Positions 46,367 to 55,104 of a stretch of DNA of 55,736 nucleotides are shown in pieces. The stretch spans positions 1-55,736 of the forward strand of contig CAZGHH010000003.1 of NCBI GenBank assembly GCA_964525485.1, given 5' to 3'. The notes beneath the pieces are model-generated. The model was not told the DNA's origin. It ran no database searches and saw nothing but the letters and a program-made list of their open reading frames with translations. The stretch is from an uncultured Candidatus Peribacteria bacterium. GTDB taxonomy: Bacteria; Patescibacteriota; Gracilibacteria; UBA1369; LOWO2-01-FULL-3. The position numbers and the translations under genes are program-made. Each line of letters begins with the position of its first letter. Within the stretch, counting starts at the first letter, position 1.

Positions 46367-46687
46367 TTATTGTTTTTTCATTTCCGGGAGGGGATTTGCC
46401 GACAAATTGATTACTTCTTCCATGTCGTCATCATCTGCAACTTTATTTTTACTTATGTATCCGCATTCAAGACATTTGTGAAAAATCATCAGACCTTTTT
46501 TGCCTGATTTGTCTATGGCTATAGGAGCCATTAATCCATGACAATCTGATTCGCGATCTCCGGGGGTTTCCTTGTCCACATGCATGCTAAATAAGCACTT
46601 TGTGCAGTGATTTCTGCATGTTTGTTGAGCTTTTGGAACACTAAATCCACAGTGCAGGCACCCAAATCCCTCGTTTATCTTTTTCAT
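46367..46687 (-). CDS. RNHCP-domain zinc-binding protein
   Basis: 106 aa. CLHCG...CRNHCTKCLFSMHVD...CLECG. Confidence 0.75.
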   Translation of the reverse strand: MKKINEGFGCLHCGFSVPKAQQTCRNHCTKCLFSMHVDKETPGDRESDCHGLMAPIAIDKSGKKGLMIFHKCLECGYISKNKVADDDDMEEVINLSANPLPEMKKQ

Positions 46688-46702
46688 TTAATGTCTTATG
46701 GA

Positions 46703-46731
46703 TTGAAATTTCTTCTAAAAACTGGTACAAT
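46703..46731 (+). promoter_or_regulatory. candidate sigma70-type promoter with extended -10 for the pilus operon
   Basis: TTGAAA (46703-46708) - 17 nt - TGG TACAAT (46726-46731), about 35 nt upstream of the ATG at 46767, in a 79-bp divergent intergenic region. Confidence 0.4.
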
Positions 46732-46766
46732 TATATGATAAAAATTAACTTAAAACAAAAATAAAT

Positions 46767-47285
46767 ATGAATAGAATTTCTTTCTTGTTTGTAATCGGAC
46801 TTTTGTCCCTGCTTTTGGTAGGGGGTATGTTCGGTTATGCTTACTATGGAAACGCTTCTTCGGGAGATGCTATCAAAAAGTATGATCTGCAAATTTCCAG
46901 TCTTGAAAATGATTTAAAGCAATTCAAAGGAGATACTTTGAAAGCCGCTTTATCCGCCAAGGCTACACTCGATAATGTTAAAAAAGACAATATTAAATGG
47001 TCTTCGGTAATAGAAAAAATTCTTCTTACTACTCCAAAAGATCCTACGACTAGAGCTCAAATTGTCGAATATACTTCTTATTCCGCTTCACAAAACAGCG
47101 ATATATCAATCAGTGTGAGAACTATTCCGGGATCAAAAGCTCCTTTTGGAGATGTAGCTCAGTTGATCAGAGCTTTCTCAAACAGTGAGTATTTTGAAAA
47201 TCCTTTTGTCCCTGCAATATCTACTTCCACAGATGAAACCGGGAATGTGATGTTGGTTTTTAATTTCAATGTTAACTACAAATAA
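46767..47285 (+). CDS. bitopic membrane protein, PilN-like (type IV pilus alignment subcomplex)
   Basis: 172 aa. N-terminal TM helix, coiled coil, then an alpha/beta domain. Position immediately before the PilO-like gene. Assigned from topology and context. Confidence 0.5.
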   Translation: MNRISFLFVIGLLSLLLVGGMFGYAYYGNASSGDAIKKYDLQISSLENDLKQFKGDTLKAALSAKATLDNVKKDNIKWSSVIEKILLTTPKDPTTRAQIVEYTSYSASQNSDISISVRTIPGSKAPFGDVAQLIRAFSNSEYFENPFVPAISTSTDETGNVMLVFNFNVNYK

Positions 47286-47286
47286 T

Positions 47287-47883
47287 ATGGATACAAATAC
47301 AAATTCTTATGATACAAATCAAGTTTCTGAATACGGGGGAGGAGGAAAATTAAAAAAAGCTCTACCTCTTATCGGAATAGTTTTGTTGATTTTTTCGGTT
47401 TCCGCTTATGCTTTGTTTGTTCGTTCGGAGATGGATGACTACAGCAAAGTCAAAGCTGATATCTCTACGAAATCTGAACGTGTTGCTCAATTAAAAAAGC
47501 AAATAGATACCTATAAAGAGACTGAGAAAAAAATGGATTTAACGACTGAAGTGCAGAAAAAAACTTTGATAAATTCTATTCCAGTCGGTGTAAATCAAGA
47601 TGGGATTATTGAAGATCTTATTAAGATAGCGGGGGATAACGATGTGAAATTGAAATCTGTCAGTTTTGGAGTTTCGCGTGGAGATGAGACGAAAGTCGGT
47701 GTTGTGAAAATGAACGCTAGTTTTGAAGGAAATTACAATGATTTGTTGAATTTTCTTGAAGGGATAGAGGAAAATGCGAGATTTTTTAAGGTTACCTCTA
47801 TCAGTGTTCAAGTAAATGATGTTTCCGGATTGGATATAAAGAGGGTTACTTTCTCTCTTTCTTTGGATGCTTATTATCAGTAG
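47287..47883 (+). CDS. pilO: PilO-like type IV pilus assembly protein
   Basis: ATG at 47287 (MDTNTNSYD), 1 nt after the upstream stop. TM helix plus coiled coil. C-terminal LINSIPVGVNQDGIIEDLIKIA...ASFEGNYNDLLNFLEGIEENARFFKVTSISV. Confidence 0.65.
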   Translation: MDTNTNSYDTNQVSEYGGGGKLKKALPLIGIVLLIFSVSAYALFVRSEMDDYSKVKADISTKSERVAQLKKQIDTYKETEKKMDLTTEVQKKTLINSIPVGVNQDGIIEDLIKIAGDNDVKLKSVSFGVSRGDETKVGVVKMNASFEGNYNDLLNFLEGIEENARFFKVTSISVQVNDVSGLDIKRVTFSLSLDAYYQ

Positions 47884-47907
47884 TTCGAATTAATAAAAAT
47901 TTTTAAA

Positions 47908-49209
47908 ATGGAGTTGTTAAATAAAATACTTGCGAAATTTAAGAGGGGAAAAGGTGGTGACGTCGGTGTGTACGGTAGTGATGCCGGTGGAAATGGCAGC
48001 GAACCTCGTGGAAATGGCGGCGAAGCTCGTGGTGAAGTGGATTTTTTGAAAAAAATTTCGAAGGCTGGCAATAAAAAAAGAAAAGATGTTATTTATGGAG
48101 TTTACGACAGCAAATCTGATTCAATTACAGAAAGGTTTAACGACTTTTTGATTGATCATTCTTCTGTTTCGATCAAAGAAAAATCGTATTTTTTCCATAT
48201 GCTTGCTGTGATGGTTGATGCAGGGATTCCTGTAGTTCATGCTTTGAAAGCTTATGCGAGCAGGACATCAAATGAAAGATTTGCGCGCGTTTTGAAAACG
48301 ATCGCTTACAATAGTGAACATGGTTTTTCTTTGAGTGATGCGATGATAGGATTTCAAGATGTTTTTACCGAAGTTGAAATCGGCGTTATCAAATCTGGAG
48401 AGGCTGTCGGTAAATTGGACGTGATGTTATTCAAATTATCAGATCAGGTTGGACGTGATCATGATTTGAGAATGAAATTGTGGGGAGCGTCTTTTTATCC
48501 TCTTTCCGTGCTTGCGATTTTGCTTATAGTTGGGGTTGCGATGCTTGTTTGGGTTTTCCCGACTCTCTTGAATTTGTTAAGCGAAGGCGGAGTCGGTTTT
48601 GGAGATTTGCCTTTGTCGACGAGGATATTGATGCATGTTAATAATTTTGTGACTGGTTATTATTGGCTGATTTTATTAGCGATTTTTGGAATGTATGGGT
48701 TATTTAAGGCTTATACTTCGACCGATGCCGGAGCGACAGCATGGGATTATGTAAAAATCAGACTTCCTGCGATTGGTCTTCTTTTGAGGAGATATTATGT
48801 TTTGCAATTTGTCAGTTTAATGGGTGTATTGATGGAGGCTGGGCTTCCTGTAATTCAATGTTTGGAAATTACAGCAAACGCTATTCCAAACAGAATTTTT
48901 AAATTAAAAATCAGAGATATCGTGGAAAATGTTAAAAAAGGAGGAAAGATATCCGAAAGCATTTCCGATACGGAATTTCTGTTTCCGCCTGAAGTTGTTG
49001 AAATGTTGAGGGTCGGTGAATCGACCGCTTCTTTGGGAAAGGTTGCCGAAAAAGTTTCTGTTCAATATCAGATGGAAATAGATCATAGTTTAAAGAAACT
49101 TACTTCTATATTTGAGCCGGTTATGATTCTGCTTGTCGGAGTTTTTGTCGCGGTTTTGGCTCTTGCGGTTATGTCTCCGATATTTAATTTGGGGTCGACC
49201 ATATCTTAA
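47908..49209 (+). CDS. pilC: type IV pilus platform protein (GspF/PilC family)
   Basis: 433 aa. Two T2SS-F repeats, each with paired TM helices (FFHMLAVMVDAGIPV..., FVSLMGVLMEAGLPV...). Unusual Gly-rich N-terminal insert. Confidence 0.85.
   Translation: MELLNKILAKFKRGKGGDVGVYGSDAGGNGSEPRGNGGEARGEVDFLKKISKAGNKKRKDVIYGVYDSKSDSITERFNDFLIDHSSVSIKEKSYFFHMLAVMVDAGIPVVHALKAYASRTSNERFARVLKTIAYNSEHGFSLSDAMIGFQDVFTEVEIGVIKSGEAVGKLDVMLFKLSDQVGRDHDLRMKLWGASFYPLSVLAILLIVGVAMLVWVFPTLLNLLSEGGVGFGDLPLSTRILMHVNNFVTGYYWLILLAIFGMYGLFKAYTSTDAGATAWDYVKIRLPAIGLLLRRYYVLQFVSLMGVLMEAGLPVIQCLEITANAIPNRIFKLKIRDIVENVKKGGKISESISDTEFLFPPEVVEMLRVGESTASLGKVAEKVSVQYQMEIDHSLKKLTSIFEPVMILLVGVFVAVLALAVMSPIFNLGSTIS
47989..48030 (+). 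repeat. tandem 21-bp in-frame repeat (2 copies) inside the pilC 5' region
   Basis: ggaaatggcagcgaacctcgt / ggaaatggcggcgaagctcgt (3 mismatches), encoding GNGSEPR/GNGGEAR. Confidence 0.85.
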
Positions 49210-49218
49210 TTTGAGTTT

Positions 49219-49950
49219 ATGAAAAAATTGAAGTTAACAACTGGGTTTACGCTGGTGGAGATATTGATAGTTATTACTATTGTTGGTTTGTTGGCTACTA
49301 CTTCGATAGGAGGTTATACGAGGTTTAGAAAATCCTCCATGATTGATCTTGCTGCGAAAAGTATTGTCGCGAGTTTGTATGATGCGAGAGATAATGCGAA
49401 ATTCGGGAAGATGGTTGCGGGTGCTAGTGTTGAGAAAGATGAAGTTTCAGAAAAGAGTGATGATGATGAAAATAGTGCTGATGATGAGCGTGGGGCAAGC
49501 TGTTTTGGATTGAAATTTGTTGGGATGGGGGAGAGCTCTGGGTCTGGGTCTGTGTCTGTGTCTGATGCAGACGGCGAGGCAGGTGTTTTTCATGTTGTGA
49601 GTAGTTTTGATTCAACAAAAAAGTGGAGTGGTCAAAAATGGATTTATGAAGGATGCGAAGACGCTGTAGATTCTGGTTCCGGAGGTGGTCCTAGTATTTT
49701 GGGCACTTCTGTGAATCTTGCCGATGGAGTTAAAATTGAATCAATTAATAATAGCGATGGTTCTTGTGTTGTGTTATTTGCACCGCCGAATGGAAGTATC
49801 GATGGGAGTCAATGTGTGAGTGGTGATGCAAGTGATGATGTAAAGATAGTCGTAGGTTATGGGGATGAAGATGAAGATTTGAAAAGACAAATAAATATAA
49901 ATTTAAAAACAGGCGTCGCCGAAATTAAAAAAATTGAAGATGAAAATTAA
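49219..49950 (+). CDS. prepilin-type pseudopilin, GspH/FimT-like
   Basis: 243 aa. Class III signal KLTTG|FTLVEILIVITIVGLLA. GspH-like AAKSIVASLYDARDNA. Acidic/Gly/Ser-rich inserts. Confidence 0.8.
   Translation: MKKLKLTTGFTLVEILIVITIVGLLATTSIGGYTRFRKSSMIDLAAKSIVASLYDARDNAKFGKMVAGASVEKDEVSEKSDDDENSADDERGASCFGLKFVGMGESSGSGSVSVSDADGEAGVFHVVSSFDSTKKWSGQKWIYEGCEDAVDSGSGGGPSILGTSVNLADGVKIESINNSDGSCVVLFAPPNGSIDGSQCVSGDASDDVKIVVGYGDEDEDLKRQININLKTGVAEIKKIEDEN
49537..49566 (+). repeat. hexanucleotide tandem repeat (5 units, tctgnn) inside the pseudopilin gene
   Basis: tctggg tctggg tctgtg tctgtg tctgat, in frame, encoding part of SSGSGSVSVSD. Confidence 0.85.
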
Positions 49951-50569
49951 ATTAAATAAAAAAGGTTTTAGTTTGACAGAAGTGCTTGTGGCAGTTTTGG
50001 TGCTTACGATGGCTGTTGTTTCGGCTAGTAATTTTTTGGTTTCAATGATGAGGAGCAATGCTATGAATACCAGTGTTTTGCAGGCTTATTATTATTCTGT
50101 CGAAGGGTTAGAGGCTTTTCGAAACATTAGAGACACATATTTTATGAATTATTTGGATTTTTGCGGAAGTGGCGATAAAGGGGGAAATGAGGGAATATTT
50201 TTGGAAGGCGGGTTTTGTAATGATGGATCTTATGTTGTGGCGATTGATGGTAATGGGGTGAATTTGGGATCTGTTAAAAATGGCGATGGAAATGTGGGCT
50301 CTGGTGATGAACAAGTTGGTTTGATTAGTGAGCCTGGTATTTCTTTGCCCGGTTTTAATGAAGATGGTGAGGGCGCGGAAAATGTTTCTGGTAAGAAATT
50401 TTATCGGGTTTGCGAGGTTGAGAGCATTAATAATACTAACAATAATGATGGGTCTGATTATGAGTCCGGTACTGATGTGAAACAAATTACTTGTACGACG
50501 ACTTATGAGGACGGTTCGAAAACCGGCGAAATTTCACTAAAAACAATTTTAACAGACTGGAAAGAATGA
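49940..50569 (+). CDS. prepilin-type pseudopilin, PilV-like
   Basis: The ORF opens with TTG at 49934; the ATG is at 49940. Class III signal NKKG|FSLTEVLVAVLVLTMAV. Gly/Asp/Asn-rich inserts. Confidence 0.75.
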   Translation: MKIKLNKKGFSLTEVLVAVLVLTMAVVSASNFLVSMMRSNAMNTSVLQAYYYSVEGLEAFRNIRDTYFMNYLDFCGSGDKGGNEGIFLEGGFCNDGSYVVAIDGNGVNLGSVKNGDGNVGSGDEQVGLISEPGISLPGFNEDGEGAENVSGKKFYRVCEVESINNTNNNDGSDYESGTDVKQITCTTTYEDGSKTGEISLKTILTDWKE

Positions 50570-51276
50570 AGAAAAAAGGATTTACATTAGTTGAGATGTT
50601 GGTTGCGATCGGGATTTTCTCGATTTTTATGGGAGTACTTATTACTTCTTATATGAGTGTAGTTAAAGGTTTGCGCGGGGCTGAGGAATATCGTGAACTT
50701 TATGCTGATGCGAGGCATACTTTTGATACGATTTTGGAAAATGCTAGAAATTCCACTGTTTATGGTGGGTGTGATAATACTGTGAGTAAATTTAAGTCTG
50801 ATTTGGACAAGCTTTCTTTTTGTTCTACTGACGGGCTTAAAAAAGTGACTTTTGAATATATGGATGCTGAGGATTTGAGTAGTGGGGTAGTGGGTGGAGG
50901 AGCTAGCGAAGGTGATGAAGGTGGAGGAAGAGAGGGTGGGTTTGCTTCTAGTGCTAATAACGGTGGGGAGAGTTCTGATATCGTTGCTAGAAAAGTTTTA
51001 AAAATGACTGTAGAAGAAAAACAGGATCCTTTGTCTTTGGACTCGAATTATACTCTTCCTGAGGAGTCTATTTTAAATTCCGAAGGTGTAAATATTAAAA
51101 GTTTTTCATTTAAAGTATTTCCGGCAACAGATCCTTTTAAGGCTTCTTATTCGGGCATACCGTATCAGCCTGTAGTGATTATCGATGGAGTTTTTGAAAG
51201 GAAATCTGCTTCGGTACCTTCAGGTTCGGTTGAAGTTGAATTACATACTTCTGTTTCTCTGCGTACTTATAATTAA
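50566..51276 (+). CDS. prepilin-type pseudopilin, PilW-like
   Basis: 236 aa. Class III signal KKKG|FTLVEMLVAIGIFSIFMGV. ATGA overlap with the upstream gene. Insert GGGASEGDEGGGREGGFASSANNGGESS. Confidence 0.75.
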   Translation: MKKKGFTLVEMLVAIGIFSIFMGVLITSYMSVVKGLRGAEEYRELYADARHTFDTILENARNSTVYGGCDNTVSKFKSDLDKLSFCSTDGLKKVTFEYMDAEDLSSGVVGGGASEGDEGGGREGGFASSANNGGESSDIVARKVLKMTVEEKQDPLSLDSNYTLPEESILNSEGVNIKSFSFKVFPATDPFKASYSGIPYQPVVIIDGVFERKSASVPSGSVEVELHTSVSLRTYN

Positions 51277-51280
51277 AAAA

Positions 51281-52450
51281 ATGCTCAAGAATCTATTAAA
51301 AATCAGAAACAATAAAGGAACGGCATTGATTACGGCACTGCTTGTGATGGGCGTGCTGACCGCTATTTCTTTGTCTGTTTCGACTTTGATAGTTCGTGAA
51401 ATCAGTATTACGAGATTGGCTATTGATGCTGGTAAGGCCTACTATGCGGCGGAAGCCGGTGTGGAGATGGCTTTGTTGGATTTGAGGAATGGTGAGGCTG
51501 AAGAGAAAAAGAAGGATGTTGAGTTTGTTGAAGATAGTGGCAGTGCAGGTGAGGCTAAGTATGAGGTAAAAAGTACCGCTAATTCTTATCCGCCCGTGGA
51601 AGTGGAAAATGGGTTAACGGATGATGATTACAGGGGTTATTATGATTATTTGGATATAAATGAATCTGTCACTATCCCTCTTTTTGTGGGAACTGGAGAT
51701 GCTAACGGAAATGACAGTGTTGTGGATTTTGTAGTTCAATTTTTTCCTAATTTTGAGGTTGAGGATTTAATTTTTGGTGATGGGAAATTTGAGATAAGCG
51801 GGTGGGATGTTCTGAGGTGGAAGGTGTATGGGATTAAAAATAGTAAAACCGAATCTATCAATGATTTTACGGCTTTTGCTACCGCTCAATTTTCTGAAAA
51901 TGGTGGTGCTGCTATCTTTACAGGGCCAAGGTTGCCTTCGTGGTTTGGAACGTGGGATGTGACTGAGTGTAGTGAAGAAACCGAAATTCAATGTGCTAAG
52001 TATGAAGGGCAGATTGCTGTAGTGGAGAAAGTTTTGGATGATGGACAGACTGTGTATCAAGGATCGTGTTTGCAAACTCAAGCCAGGGAACATTATAAAT
52101 ATGAAGGTGAAAGAGTGGTTGTAATGGATTGTTATGACATAGATCAATTTTTGGCAGATCATAGTCAAAATTATCTTGTTTTGACTAACCTTATGAATCC
52201 GTCTGTTTTGAAGTCTGTTGATGATAGTGGCGGATCAATTAGCAGGGACTCCAGGGAAGCCAAGTCTCGTTTGTACTATCGTGTGGTTACAGATAAGCCG
52301 ATGCCACGTGAGTATGCTGAAATTATCTCAACGGGGACTGCCGGTGACAGTAAAATAGTTTTGAATATGCTTCGAAAGAGGGATTCTTTTATGCCGGTTT
52401 TTAATTTCGCTTTGTATCACACTGCCGAGAGTGATAGGAATCAAGAGTAA
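51281..52450 (+). CDS. PilX-like pilus assembly protein (pseudopilin-like N-terminus without Glu+5)
   Basis: ATG at 51281 (MLKNLLKIRNNKGTALITALLVMGVLTAISL); the ORF-track start at 51185 lies inside the previous gene. PilX_N-like ...RLAIDAGKAYYAAEAGVEMAL. Confidence 0.7.
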   Translation: MLKNLLKIRNNKGTALITALLVMGVLTAISLSVSTLIVREISITRLAIDAGKAYYAAEAGVEMALLDLRNGEAEEKKKDVEFVEDSGSAGEAKYEVKSTANSYPPVEVENGLTDDDYRGYYDYLDINESVTIPLFVGTGDANGNDSVVDFVVQFFPNFEVEDLIFGDGKFEISGWDVLRWKVYGIKNSKTESINDFTAFATAQFSENGGAAIFTGPRLPSWFGTWDVTECSEETEIQCAKYEGQIAVVEKVLDDGQTVYQGSCLQTQAREHYKYEGERVVVMDCYDIDQFLADHSQNYLVLTNLMNPSVLKSVDDSGGSISRDSREAKSRLYYRVVTDKPMPREYAEIISTGTAGDSKIVLNMLRKRDSFMPVFNFALYHTAESDRNQE

Positions 52451-52585
52451 GTTGCCAGCTAGCGTATTGGTTGAATAAAACTTTTCATGCAACGCTTGTC
52501 TATTAGCTGGTTGTGTTATTTGCAGGTGAGTCTATTTGCCAGGTTGCTTTTTTTAGGCTAATCTTTTTTGGGTTAATCAAAATAT

Positions 52586-54091
52586 ATGAAGAAATTTTAT
52601 GTCACGACGTCGATTGCTTATGTAAATGCTTCACCTCATGTCGGGTTTGCGATGGAAGTGGTGCAAGCTGACGCAATGGCGAGATATCATAGATTAAAAG
52701 GTGATGATACTTTTTATTTAACGGGGACCGATGAGCACGGTGTGAAGATGTACGAGACTGCGACTACTCTCGGTAAAACTCCGCAGGAATTATCCGATGA
52801 AAATTCCGCAAAGTTTCGTGCATTAAAAGATCTTTTGAATTTATCTAATGACGGATTTGTGAGGACGACTGATGACTATCACAAGCGTGGTGCGCAGAAA
52901 ATGTGGAAAGCGTTGGTCGATGCGGGAGATATTTATAAAGGAACTTATGTTGGGAAATATTGTTCCGGGTGTGAGGCTTTTGTCGCGGACAAGGATTTGG
53001 TGGATGGTAAATGTCCGAATCATGATCGTGTTCCTGAAATAATCGAAGAGGAAAATTATTTTTTTAAGCTTTCAAAGTATTCCGACAAAATTCGTGAACT
53101 GATAGCGAGTGGGGAACTCATTGTAGCTCCGGAAGCTCGCAAAAATGAAATTTTAAATATAATAGGAGAAGGGTTTAAGGATGTGAGTTTCTCTCGTCCA
53201 AAAAACGTTTTGCCTTGGGGAATAGATGTCCCGGACGATGATTCGCAGGTGATGTATGTTTGGTGCGACGCTCTGTCGAATTATATTACCGCAATAGGCT
53301 ACGCGGAGACGGATGTGTCCATGTTTAAAAAATTCTGGCCGGCTGATGTGCATTTGATCGGAAAAGATATTTTGAGATTTCATGCCGGAGTTTGGATCGG
53401 AATGTTGCTTTCTGCCGGATTGCCTTTGCCGAAGGCTGTTTTTGTTCACGGTTTTATTACTTCGGATGGTAAAAAAATGAGTAAAAGTTTGGGAAATGTC
53501 GTCGATCCTGTCGATTATGTCCAAAAATATGGTGCTGATGCGTTAAGATATTATTTATTGAGGGAGATCCCGACCGGTGATGATGGGGATTTTAGCGAAG
53601 CGAGATTTGTTGAATTGTATAATGGGGATTTGGCAAACAGTTTGGGTAATTTGGTTAATAGAGTCTTGATGATGGTGGAAAGATATACCGGCGGTATTAT
53701 TAAAGGTAGTGAAAAGAATGAAACTCTTGAAAAAAAGATTGGTGATATTTGGGCTGAATATGAAAAATCTTTTAATAATTTCAATATAAAAGTTGCGGTC
53801 GAGCATGTTTTGGAGCTTTTGGCTTTTGGTAATAAATATGTTGATGACCAAAAACCTTGGGAGCTTGCGAAACTCGATCAGCCTGCGTGTGAAGCCGTTT
53901 TGTATAATCTTTTGGAGATTCTTAGAAATTCTGCCGTTATGCTTTTGCCGATCATGCCTGAGAAGGCCGAAAAAATTCTAACCATGCTTGGTCTGAATTC
54001 CGGTGATTGCGGTTATGGCAAATATTTTGGATTCTTAAAAGACGGTGGAAAAGTTTCAAAAGGTGATCCGCTTTTCCCGAGATTGGAGTAG
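52586..54091 (+). CDS. metG: methionine--tRNA ligase (short form without the C-terminal tRNA-binding domain)
   Basis: 501 aa. HIGH-like ASPHVGFA, KMSKSLGN and Cys knuckle CSGCE...CPNH. Confidence 0.95.
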   Translation: MKKFYVTTSIAYVNASPHVGFAMEVVQADAMARYHRLKGDDTFYLTGTDEHGVKMYETATTLGKTPQELSDENSAKFRALKDLLNLSNDGFVRTTDDYHKRGAQKMWKALVDAGDIYKGTYVGKYCSGCEAFVADKDLVDGKCPNHDRVPEIIEEENYFFKLSKYSDKIRELIASGELIVAPEARKNEILNIIGEGFKDVSFSRPKNVLPWGIDVPDDDSQVMYVWCDALSNYITAIGYAETDVSMFKKFWPADVHLIGKDILRFHAGVWIGMLLSAGLPLPKAVFVHGFITSDGKKMSKSLGNVVDPVDYVQKYGADALRYYLLREIPTGDDGDFSEARFVELYNGDLANSLGNLVNRVLMMVERYTGGIIKGSEKNETLEKKIGDIWAEYEKSFNNFNIKVAVEHVLELLAFGNKYVDDQKPWELAKLDQPACEAVLYNLLEILRNSAVMLLPIMPEKAEKILTMLGLNSGDCGYGKYFGFLKDGGKVSKGDPLFPRLE

Positions 54092-54111
54092 ATTCTATAT
54101 AATGTTTGTCG

Positions 54112-54612
54112 TTATATAACCTCGATCGATGCGTGCGATGGATGGGTGGTGGGTTTTTGTACGACGTAGTGGATTTCGTGTGATGCTTTTGCTTCCGATT
54201 CTTTTTGGTTGAATGATTCAAATGAGATTGTGATGATTGCTTTTACTATTGCATATGAGAAGATTATGAGAAGCAATCCTAGAATTGCCCATGTTAAGTG
54301 TTTTTTTCCTGTTTCCAATTTCTCCGCCGCTCCTGCGCTTGAGACGAGAGTGAATGCCGCCAGAACAATCGATATTACCGCTATTGGTGCTGCGATGTAT
54401 AAAAGTGTCCCGGATATGATTTGAAGAATTAAAATTAATGGTGCTTCGGGCGCTTTTTCGACATCTCCTTTGTCAAAATTGAGATTGAATGGTGTGTTTT
54501 CCGGCATGTACTGTTTCGGAATTGAATATGCGAAGCTCATTTCCGGCAATAAAAACAGCACACATCCTATGAGCATTCCAAGTATTGCTAATTGTTTTAA
54601 TATTTTTTTCAT
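54112..54612 (-). CDS. VirB2/TrbC-like small membrane protein (T4SS-pilin-like), paralogue 1
   Basis: 166 aa. Signal peptide MKKILKQLAILGMLIGCVLFLLPEMSFA. Two C-terminal TM helices flank the loop SSAGAAEKLETGKKHL. The second helix ends in FSYAIV. Confidence 0.6.
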   Translation of the reverse strand: MKKILKQLAILGMLIGCVLFLLPEMSFAYSIPKQYMPENTPFNLNFDKGDVEKAPEAPLILILQIISGTLLYIAAPIAVISIVLAAFTLVSSAGAAEKLETGKKHLTWAILGLLLIIFSYAIVKAIITISFESFNQKESEAKASHEIHYVVQKPTTHPSHASIEVI

Positions 54613-55100
54613 TATGTAAAGAAGTCAAGTTCCAGGATTCCGCTGATTACTGCGTATGACGCTGAAATTATAATAATTCCTATTCCTATGTATCCGAGTA
54701 TTTTTTTTGCTTTTGATATGTTGTCTTCCGTCATGCTTCCGGTCAAGAAAAGCACACCGATTACTACGAGTGATACTACCGTCAGACTCGCGACTAAATA
54801 TAACATTGTTTTGATTATAGAGGCGAGGATATCCGGGAGCCCTTTGTCTGTGAGCGATGCGTAACTGGCTATTTCTTTTAAATTATCTTGAGAGATTCCA
54901 GCTTCTCCTTTTGCTTGATCGTAAAAAAGGTCGCGTGTTTGGTCGTTTAATTTTTGTGGGAGCAAATCCTCTATCGGAGCAGATGTTCCGGCATTTGCCG
55001 TGGGGGCTGTGTCTGAAATTTCTAAAATAGCAAAATTCAACCCTGTGATTGCTACGATTGTAGTTAGATATATCGCTAATTTTTTTAATATTTTCTTCAT
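54612..55100 (-). CDS. VirB2/TrbC-like small membrane protein, paralogue 2
   Basis: 162 aa. Signal peptide MKKILKKLAIYL.... Helices flank the loop GSMTEDNISKAKKIL; the second helix contains SASYAVI. TAATG junction with paralogue 1. Confidence 0.6.
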   Translation of the reverse strand: MKKILKKLAIYLTTIVAITGLNFAILEISDTAPTANAGTSAPIEDLLPQKLNDQTRDLFYDQAKGEAGISQDNLKEIASYASLTDKGLPDILASIIKTMLYLVASLTVVSLVVIGVLFLTGSMTEDNISKAKKILGYIGIGIIIISASYAVISGILELDFFT

Positions 55101-55104
55101 TTTT

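Noticed and set aside
46688-46766. The strand switch (minus-strand genes to the left, plus-strand genes to the right) as a replication origin signature
   Set aside because: The spacer is only 79 bp, has no DnaA-box-like repeats, and contains a good sigma70-like promoter that explains it. A single divergent junction is not evidence for an origin.
52451-52585. T-box leader or terminator upstream of metG (repeated gttgccag / ttagctgg / tttgccaggttgc elements, with a 7-bp ccagcta/tagctgg inverted repeat)
   Set aside because: The 135 nt available is too short for a T-box, and no T-box sequence or specifier-loop features are visible. The inverted repeat has a loop of about 42 nt and no clean U-tract, so I cannot support either a terminator or a riboswitch.
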